Shown here: one piece after another, positions 1 through 6,977 of the stretch | Layout: each line of letters starts with the position of its first letter | How positions within the stretch are numbered: the first letter of the stretch is position 1 | Assembly: GCA_965205655.1 (NCBI GenBank) | Contig: CBDBIJ010000144.1 | Coordinates: 1 to 16,882 of the forward strand | Source: Candidatus Latescibacterota bacterium | GTDB lineage: Bacteria > Latescibacterota > UBA2968 > UBA8231 | DNA length: 16,882 nt | Reading direction: 5' to 3' | Notes under the pieces: generated by a model | Told to the model about the DNA's origin: nothing | Seen by the model: only the letters and a program-made list of their open reading frames with translations | The model's database searches: none | Translations under genes and position numbers: made by a program

Positions 1-2253
1 GGCGTGCGGAATGTGGGAATCAGCCCGGAGACGGCGCCGCTCGTAATGGACGGGGACCTGACGACATACTGGGAGCCGGGCGAGCCGGACTCGCTGCTCA
101 ACTGGTTCGTGGAAATGGATCTGGGACGCGGTGTGATCGCCGACCGGGTCGTCGTGCGCTTCGCCGATGAAGGAGCAGGAGATCCGTTCCTGAAGTTCCG
201 GGTGCTGGCGTCCACGGGCCGCAAGCCGAAGCTCGAGAGCCGCTACGACCGTGAGTTCTACCGGGTGGGGCAGGTGACGAGCCGCAACAAGACTCAGCGA
301 GTGTTCGAATTCGACGTGCCGACTCAGCGTCCCCTGCCACCTGGAGTGACGGGCGAAGTGGTGCAGCTCGTAAGGCTCGAGGCGCTCGATACTGACGGAC
401 CGCGGGGAGAGGAGGTCTCGGAGGAGGAGTACGGGGCTTTGTCTCCGGCGGACAAGGGGGCGATCGAACACTTCCGGGTGACGGTGGCCGGGCGCGAGAT
501 TCAGGTGGCCGAAGACACCTACGTCGAGCTGCCTCCCGAGGAGCAAGGACCAATTCGTTTCTATCGCCACGAGCGGCCGAAGGTGGCGGAGGTTGAGGTC
601 CTGGCGCTTGGAGACAACGTGGTCGGGCTGACCCAGAGGATTCGCAATCGCGACACCGATCTGTTCGAAAACATTTTGCTCAACACATCATCGGACGGAC
701 AGTTTTCGTCGTTTTACGATATCCGCGTGTACGATCCGCTCCAGAACCGCAACCAGCTGCTGGTGGACCTGAAGGCGAAGTTCTGGCTCGATCGCATTCG
801 ACTGCTGTCGGCAAAGGATGCGATGACGGCCTACCAAGTGCGCATCTCGGACGGCTCCCTGGATCCGACGGGCGACCTCATCTGGACGACGTTCGAGGAG
901 CGCCACAATCGGGACTCCTTTCTACAGCTCGAAGAGCAGTTTCCCCTGCAGGAAGTGCAGCTGATCGAGCTGCGCCGGCTGGAGCTGCTCGGATCGCGGA
1001 ACGAACAGGCGAACCTGAGCGAGCTGCAGGCATACGGCGAGGGCTACGTCTCGGAAGTGAACCTGTCATCGCCGCTCATCAAGCTGGGCTCGTCGCGGAT
1101 CATCACCGGCGTCGAATGGGAGGGTGACGCCCCGGAGGGAACGCGGCTGGAGGTGCGCACACGCAGCGGCAATGACACGACCCTCGTCCCGCACTACTTC
1201 GACTTGCTTGGGAGGGAGATCAGCAAGCAGCGGTGGGAGGCGTCGACGTCAAGGGACAACAGATGGTTTGTGACGAAAGATACGCTGCCGGGGCCCGGCT
1301 GGAGCAACTGGAGCGAGCCCTACATCGAGCAGGGTGAGCTGTTCAAGTCTCCGAATCCGCGGCGCATGGCGATGGTGCAGGTGCGTCTGCTGACCTCTGA
1401 TCCGGCGAAAGCGGCCAGCGTGAGGCGGCTGCAGCTGGGACTGGCGGTGCCGCTGGTGGACGAAAGCTTTGCGGAGGTCTGGCCGAATCGCGGCGTGCGA
1501 CCCGGTATCGAGGAGGAGTTCGCCATCTACGTGCGTCCGGCATTTCGAGCCGGAGACGACGGGTTCGATCGCCTGAGGATCAGGTCGTCATCGGTGGCGC
1601 CGATGGAGCTGGTGTCGCTGAGATCGGGAACCGCTGCGCAGCTGCAGCGTGAAGGTGGGCGCCGGCTGTGGCCAGGCAGAGTAGAAGCGGAGTCGCTGGA
1701 GGAGGGGGGCATCGAGATGGTGTTTCCCGAACGTGTGTCGGGCGGAATCGTCGTCTACGAAGCGCGGGTTCGAACGAAGGTGTTCCTGAGCGGCACGACG
1801 TTCACCGCCGAGCTGCTCAACTCGGCGCGGCCGGAGGTGGTGCAGCTGGTGTCGGCCGGGGATGCGAGCGACCAGGTAGGCAGCGAGCTGATGGTCGTGG
1901 TGGCCGATGTGGAGGACGCGTCGGTGCTGGAGGGGGTGCGAGCGATGCCTCAGGTGTTCACTCCGAACGGCGACGGCATCAACGACGAGACCTCGATCGG
2001 GTTCTCGGTGTTCAGGCTGAAGGGGGAGCAGACGCTGTGGGTCGGCGTGTACGATCTGACCGGGCGGCGGTTGCGCGACTTGAGCGTCGCGCGCGAGAAT
2101 CCAAGCGGCGAGCACGAGATCGCGTGGGATGGCAAAGGAGAGGACGGGAGCCTCGTGCCGCCCGGGTCGTATCTGGTGCGGGTCGGCGTCCATACGGATG
2201 CGGACGTGGGTGGTGGTGGAGAAGGGCTGGCGGTGATTGGCGTGGCGTACTGA
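1..2253 (+). CDS. A1: secreted-type protein with discoidin/F5-8C-like segments and C-terminal FlgD-Ig / gliding-motility (T9SS type-B-like) CTD; 5' truncated by window edge
   Basis: Frame is open from base 1. Discoidin-like patterns: 'MDGDLTTYW...VEMDLGRGVIADRVVVRF' and 'LVDLKAKFWLDRIRL'. C-terminus: 'VFTPNGDGINDE...VYDLTGRRLR...IAWDGKGEDGSLVPPGSYLVRV...IGVAY*'. Collinear similarity to A2. Confidence 0.8.
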   Translation, partial: GVRNVGISPETAPLVMDGDLTTYWEPGEPDSLLNWFVEMDLGRGVIADRVVVRFADEGAGDPFLKFRVLASTGRKPKLESRYDREFYRVGQVTSRNKTQRVFEFDVPTQRPLPPGVTGEVVQLVRLEALDTDGPRGEEVSEEEYGALSPADKGAIEHFRVTVAGREIQVAEDTYVELPPEEQGPIRFYRHERPKVAEVEVLALGDNVVGLTQRIRNRDTDLFENILLNTSSDGQFSSFYDIRVYDPLQNRNQLLVDLKAKFWLDRIRLLSAKDAMTAYQVRISDGSLDPTGDLIWTTFEERHNRDSFLQLEEQFPLQEVQLIELRRLELLGSRNEQANLSELQAYGEGYVSEVNLSSPLIKLGSSRIITGVEWEGDAPEGTRLEVRTRSGNDTTLVPHYFDLLGREISKQRWEASTSRDNRWFVTKDTLPGPGWSNWSEPYIEQGELFKSPNPRRMAMVQVRLLTSDPAKAASVRRLQLGLAVPLVDESFAEVWPNRGVRPGIEEEFAIYVRPAFRAGDDGFDRLRIRSSSVAPMELVSLRSGTAAQLQREGGRRLWPGRVEAESLEEGGIEMVFPERVSGGIVVYEARVRTKVFLSGTTFTAELLNSARPEVVQLVSAGDASDQVGSELMVVVADVEDASVLEGVRAMPQVFTPNGDGINDETSIGFSVFRLKGEQTLWVGVYDLTGRRLRDLSVARENPSGEHEIAWDGKGEDGSLVPPGSYLVRVGVHTDADVGGGGEGLAVIGVAY

Positions 2254-2263
2254 GCTACGGCCA

Positions 2264-4987
2264 ATGACGACTTGCGTCTCACCCACGAAAAGTTTGCGCG
2301 CCAGTCTTGTCGCGATATTCCTGATCTCTACCGGTGGCACCGTCAACGCCCAGTCCCCCGGCGCCACTCCGGGTGCCACTCGGTGGGCTTTGCCGAGCGG
2401 TCTGGTGGCGAAGTTCGGGGTCGAGGACGTGACGCCGGAGGTGCACAAGGCGTTCGTCTCGATTCATCTGCCCGAGTACGGGCTGTATCCGCGCTACCTC
2501 ACGGACAGGCGCTATTCCCGGGACCTCTACCGGCGCTACGTGGACCGGACGCTGGAAAGAGACGAGTGGTACGACGGGTTCGGCAATCATCTCGGCAGAG
2601 GATGGCTGGTCTACAACTGGGAGCAGAACCAGCCGCTGCGAAACGGAAGCTTCATTCGCAAGGATCCGGCCGAGCAGGGCGCGACGAACCCGTATCGCAG
2701 CTTCTTCCAGAATCTCGTCATAGCCTCGGACGGCCACTGGTCGCATCAGTACCGGCTGATGGTGGGCGACGAAATCGCCACGCAGTTCACGCCGCTGACC
2801 TTCAACAAGCCCCGGTTCAACGGCGTCAGGTTGGAGACGGCGTCCAACCGTCACGAGGCCTCCCTCATTCTGTCGCGTCCGAGCAGCCCGGATCAGTCGC
2901 GGCGCAGCAATTCGACACATGTATTCGGGGGCCATACGGCCTCACAGGTTATGGACCTGGCCACGGTGGGGCTCACCTACGTGAACATCCACACCGCGCA
3001 GACGCAGGTGGATTTCAACGTGGGCAACCCGCTGCACGGGGCGCTGACGACGAAACAGAACAAGCCGCTGCAGACGATCTGGGTGAGGCTGCGGGACGAC
3101 TCGCCGGGGGATGGTGAAGCGGGGGCGTCGCTGTTCAGACACGAGATCCTGCTCGTCGACAACGACGGGAATGAGTGGCGCGGCAAGGAGATCGGCCTGC
3201 TGCCGCGGATTCAGGGAGGCAGCCTGCGCGAGGGTGCGCTCGTGGCCGACGGCAGCGAGGCGGTGGTGCTGGAGTACGATCTTACCTCGCTGAAGGGCGA
3301 GGAGGTCGGGTTCGAGTCGATCGACGTTCAGCGGGTGAGCTTCGAGCTGGCCGCGGCCGACGACTACCAGATCGAGATGGCGTCCGATCTGCAGACGGAC
3401 GGGGAGTTCCGCAATCCGGAGCCGGTGTTCCTGCCGGTGCGGCGGGCGAGGGGCAATGTCAGTGACAACAGCAACAGCAAGGTTCTGACACTCGACTACC
3501 TGCTGCCGACGGGAAACGAGCTGATCGGGGTGGACTGGAACCTGGTGGACTGGAACGGGTTGTCACTGCAGGGGGAGACGGTCTTCAACCGTCAGCACGG
3601 CAAGTACCCGAACCTCGACGAGCACAGCCAGCATCACGCGACGCGCCATGCTAGAGCGAGTTACGCGCAAATCTCCTATCACGGACACTCGTCGAAACTC
3701 TATGCCGAGCTGTTCTCTATCGACGACGCCTACTCGACGAACTACTGGCTGACTCAGGCCGATGGCACGATTCGCTACAAGGGGCGCATCCCAGACCAGT
3801 ACGAGCTGGTAGACGACGACGACGATTACAACTCAATCCCCGAGTGGCAGCGGCCGTTTCAGCGCTCGTCAGAAGAGGTCGCGTGGCCGGGGTATGACGA
3901 GAACGGCGATTTCATCTTCGACCACAATCAGAACGCGAACCTGTTTCCCGACTACGACGAGCCGTTCCTGAGGTTCCGCTCCGACAGACCGGAGTTCCTG
4001 TTCGGCACGGACATGAACTTCAACGGCACCATCGACCGGTTCGAGAATGACCGACTGCCGGACTATCCCTACAAGCGGGATCACCGCGGCTACAACGTCT
4101 ACGGCGCGCTCAAAGCCGGATCCGGGGGATCCGGGGGATCAGGAGGCAGCGTGCTCGCGGGTCGGCAGAATATGAAACTGATATCCGGCGACGGTCGAAC
4201 ACGAGCGGTCTATGCGATGGCGACGTGGAGTGGGGATGTGGCCGGACACGGCAGGGTGCGCCTGTTCGATTTCGGCGCGCTGGTGAAGGACGACATCCAG
4301 GACGACGTGCAACTCTGGAGGCAGCCGATCGGAGCGATCGGGCGGATGCGCGACGTGCCGGACCCGCTGGCGGCGCGGAATTCATGGAAGAACACGCTCT
4401 ACGCCGACGCCGATCACAGTCTGGGGCACCTGCTGCGGTTGCAGCACCGATTCAAGTGGGACCTGGTGGCGCAGCGGGATGGCAGAGCGGAGCTGGCGAG
4501 TCGTCAGGGACGAAAGTGGTCCGGGTTCGTCGGGCTCATCGACAAGGCGGAGCTGATGATACCGCTCGGACTCGGCGTGCTGGAGCCGAGGTGGAAGAGC
4601 GAATTGAGATTCGATAGGCCGTACAGCACACAGCAGGAAAAGGCGCGGAGCGTCGAGCAGACGGTGTTCCTGCTGTGGACGCAACCGTTGCTGGCGGAGA
4701 GATCGAGGGTGGCCTACTTCGCCAGGTTCGGGCGGCAGCTTTTCGACACGCAGCTCCAGACTGGACTCGAGCTGTCGAAACTCTGGATGGTGAGCGGCGA
4801 GCGGGTGGAGATCGACCAGGATGTGCGAAGCTGGACGGCGGTGGCGCAGGTGACAAACAGGGTGGCGTATCAGGGCTACCAGGTGGTGACGCGGACGGGA
4901 CTGCAATGGACGCGCCGGCGCTTCGAGGACGGCCGCCGGCAGCGGGCGAACCTCATGTTCTTTTCCGTGAATGTGGGGTTGAAGTGA
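2264..4987 (+). CDS. B1: ~907 aa exported hypothetical protein, putative outer-membrane beta-rich protein with acidic Ca-binding-like block
   Basis: Long uninterrupted ORF. ATG 2264 is followed by Sec-like signal 'KSLRASLVAIFLISTGGTVNA-QS'. Acidic motifs 'VDDDDDYN', 'DENGDFIFD', 'DMNFNGTID'. Alternating hydrophobic C-terminal strands ('NLMFFSVNVGLK'). Clear paralog of 6974-9529. CDS is secure, function is inferred. Confidence 0.75.
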   Translation: MTTCVSPTKSLRASLVAIFLISTGGTVNAQSPGATPGATRWALPSGLVAKFGVEDVTPEVHKAFVSIHLPEYGLYPRYLTDRRYSRDLYRRYVDRTLERDEWYDGFGNHLGRGWLVYNWEQNQPLRNGSFIRKDPAEQGATNPYRSFFQNLVIASDGHWSHQYRLMVGDEIATQFTPLTFNKPRFNGVRLETASNRHEASLILSRPSSPDQSRRSNSTHVFGGHTASQVMDLATVGLTYVNIHTAQTQVDFNVGNPLHGALTTKQNKPLQTIWVRLRDDSPGDGEAGASLFRHEILLVDNDGNEWRGKEIGLLPRIQGGSLREGALVADGSEAVVLEYDLTSLKGEEVGFESIDVQRVSFELAAADDYQIEMASDLQTDGEFRNPEPVFLPVRRARGNVSDNSNSKVLTLDYLLPTGNELIGVDWNLVDWNGLSLQGETVFNRQHGKYPNLDEHSQHHATRHARASYAQISYHGHSSKLYAELFSIDDAYSTNYWLTQADGTIRYKGRIPDQYELVDDDDDYNSIPEWQRPFQRSSEEVAWPGYDENGDFIFDHNQNANLFPDYDEPFLRFRSDRPEFLFGTDMNFNGTIDRFENDRLPDYPYKRDHRGYNVYGALKAGSGGSGGSGGSVLAGRQNMKLISGDGRTRAVYAMATWSGDVAGHGRVRLFDFGALVKDDIQDDVQLWRQPIGAIGRMRDVPDPLAARNSWKNTLYADADHSLGHLLRLQHRFKWDLVAQRDGRAELASRQGRKWSGFVGLIDKAELMIPLGLGVLEPRWKSELRFDRPYSTQQEKARSVEQTVFLLWTQPLLAERSRVAYFARFGRQLFDTQLQTGLELSKLWMVSGERVEIDQDVRSWTAVAQVTNRVAYQGYQVVTRTGLQWTRRRFEDGRRQRANLMFFSVNVGLK
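4118..4150 (+). repeat. 9-bp tandem repeat (GGATCCGGG)x2 + GGATCAGGA + GGCAGC encoding GSGGSGGSGGS
   Basis: Read directly at 4118-4150; in frame within B1. Confidence 0.9.
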
Positions 4988-6977
4988 TGAGAGGAGTTGA
5001 AGCTCTGACCTACACCTATTGCAGCACGCGAGCGAGCCGGAGCGCCAGCGGGACTCGCGCCGAAAACGGGCGATTCTCAGTATTTCTCCTCGCCTCATTC
5101 CTGATGATCGCAGCAAGTACGTCTGCAGAGGTGCGGACGTTTACGCTCGGGGGGAGCCAGCATCCGTGGGATAGAGGGGGTGATGGCACGGATCCGGAGT
5201 TCCTGAGCGGGTCGGCGTTCTCGCCGGTTGTGGATACGACGAACACACCAGGTGACCACATCGAGTTTCGCGCCCGCCGGGGGTGGATCAGTCCGTCTTT
5301 CTTCGACGGCCGGGAGAATATCGCCGGGCTGGTGCTGGAGGGCGGCAGAATAACGGCGCCGAATTCGTCGACGATGTCGACGGCGCTCAGAAGGAAACAA
5401 CTGCAGGGCACAGTGAACGGGGATCACGACGTGGCCTTCGAGCGCAAGCCGGCGCCGTTCCACCTATCGTGCCGGCTTTCGGCATCTGGATCATCCTCGA
5501 CTTCGGGCAGCGCATCGGCATCGAGCGGATTCGGTTCTATCCGCGCAACACGGTTGTGTCCACCCCCAACCAACCGTTTCACAATGATTTTCTGCGCGGC
5601 TACGAGGTGTGGCTGAACGACCAGCTCACCAACACGGTCAAGGGCGCACCGGACAAGCTCGCGGCACGGGTGCTCGACAACGAGGAGCCGGTGGTGGATC
5701 TCGAGGTGGATCCGCAGTACGTGCGTCTCATCAAGCTGCGTTCGCTGGCGGAGCTGCCTTTCGAGGTGGACGAGATCGAGGTGTACGGGACGGGATACCT
5801 GCCCCGGGGACAGTACCTGACGGACCTCATCGATCTCGGGGCCCCGTCCACGGTTGGTGCGGTGAGGTGGCGGGAGAGAGCGGTCGGGGAGGAGCGGTTT
5901 TCGAGGTTGTCCGTGCGCATGCGATCCGGGCTGGACGACACGCCAATACTGTATCGAGAGAGAATCCCGGTATTTGGGGCTCCGGCGATCGTGCGGGAAG
6001 TGAGCGGCACCGAGTACTGGGCGCTCGAACGGCAGAATCGGGTAACGCTCAAGGAGGATGACGCAAACTGGAGTCCGTGGAAAACGCTGACTCAGGGCGG
6101 TCTGAACCCGACGCCGACGCCGCGCCGGTTCGTGCAGTTCCGCCTGGAGTTCGAGGGAGAGCTGTTCGACGCGCGGCTGGTGGACGAGCTGTCGTTCGAC
6201 TATCTGCAGCCGTCACTGGCTGATACGCTGCGGGCGGAGATTTTTCCACGGTTGGCCCAGACGGAGGAGCCGGCCACGTTTCGCTACGCCGTCCTGCTGC
6301 GGGCAAACGGCGAGATACAGGGCTACGATCGAATCGAAGTCGACTCGAACGCGCCGGTCGAGGACATTCGAAACGTCGCGGTGAACGGGGCGCCGGTGGA
6401 GTTCAACATCGAGTCTTCCACGAGCGCGGGGTTTCGGCTGGCGCTTCCCTCCACCGTCATCGAAGATGGCTCGATTGTCGAGTTCACCTTCGATATTCCG
6501 ATATTCCGATTCGGAACGACGTTTTCAGGAAGGGCGATCAACAGCCGTTTTCCGAACCTGCCTCAGCGATTCGAGCCGGGGCAGGCGGTGGACTTCGGAC
6601 CGGCTGACGTGGACGAGATGTCGAGCCTGGCGGTGGCGATTCCGAAGAGCCAGATCGGTCGTCTGATAGGAGAGATCGCCGTCAGCAGCCAGGTGCTCAC
6701 TCCCAACGGGGACGGAGTGAACGACGAGCTCGAGGTCAACTTCAATCTGCTGCTGGTGGTGCGGGCGGTGCCGGTGTCGCTCGAAGTCTACGACCTGTCC
6801 GGGTGGCGGGTGCACGCGATCGAAATCGAAAGCGGAGTCGGGCCGGTGACGATGTCGTGGAACGGACACAGGGGCGGCGATCGGCCGGTTAGTCCCGGTT
6901 TGTACGTGTGGGTGCTGCGGGTGTGGGCGGATGCATTCGAAGATCGCCTCAGCGGGGTCGTGGGGGTAGCGTATTGA
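4987..6977 (+). pseudogene. A2: paralog of A1 (signal peptide, discoidin-like, FlgD/CTD C-terminus), split by a 1-nt frameshift near 5460 (true pseudogene or sequence error)
   Basis: ATG 4987 overlaps the B1 stop (TGATG). The first frame gives signal 'RFSVFLLASFLMIAASTSA-EV' through 'AFERKPAPF' (5460). The -1 frame continues 'PIVPAFGIWIILDFGQRIGIERIRFYPR...LTPNGDGVNDE...VYDLSGWRV...SWNG...PGLY...VGVAY*'. Adding one base gives 663 aa. Confidence 0.8.

Noticed and set aside
1..2253. Calling A1/A2 flagellar hook-capping protein FlgD
   Set aside because: Only the C-terminal Ig-like module resembles FlgD. The proteins are much longer, A2 has a Sec signal, and no flagellar genes are present.
4118..4150. 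Synthetic GS linker/BamHI cloning scar
   Set aside because: No vector, tag or other engineered sequence nearby; the flanks are native B-family sequence and slippage explains it.
5440..5480. Programmed -1 ribosomal frameshift or phase-variable tract in A2
   Set aside because: No slippery heptamer, homopolymer or short-sequence repeat at the shift site.
4675..5616. 313-aa ORF as an independent gene
   Set aside because: Its first ~104 codons overlap B1 in another frame. Only 4987-5460 is real (A2 N-terminus); the tail is out-of-frame run-on.
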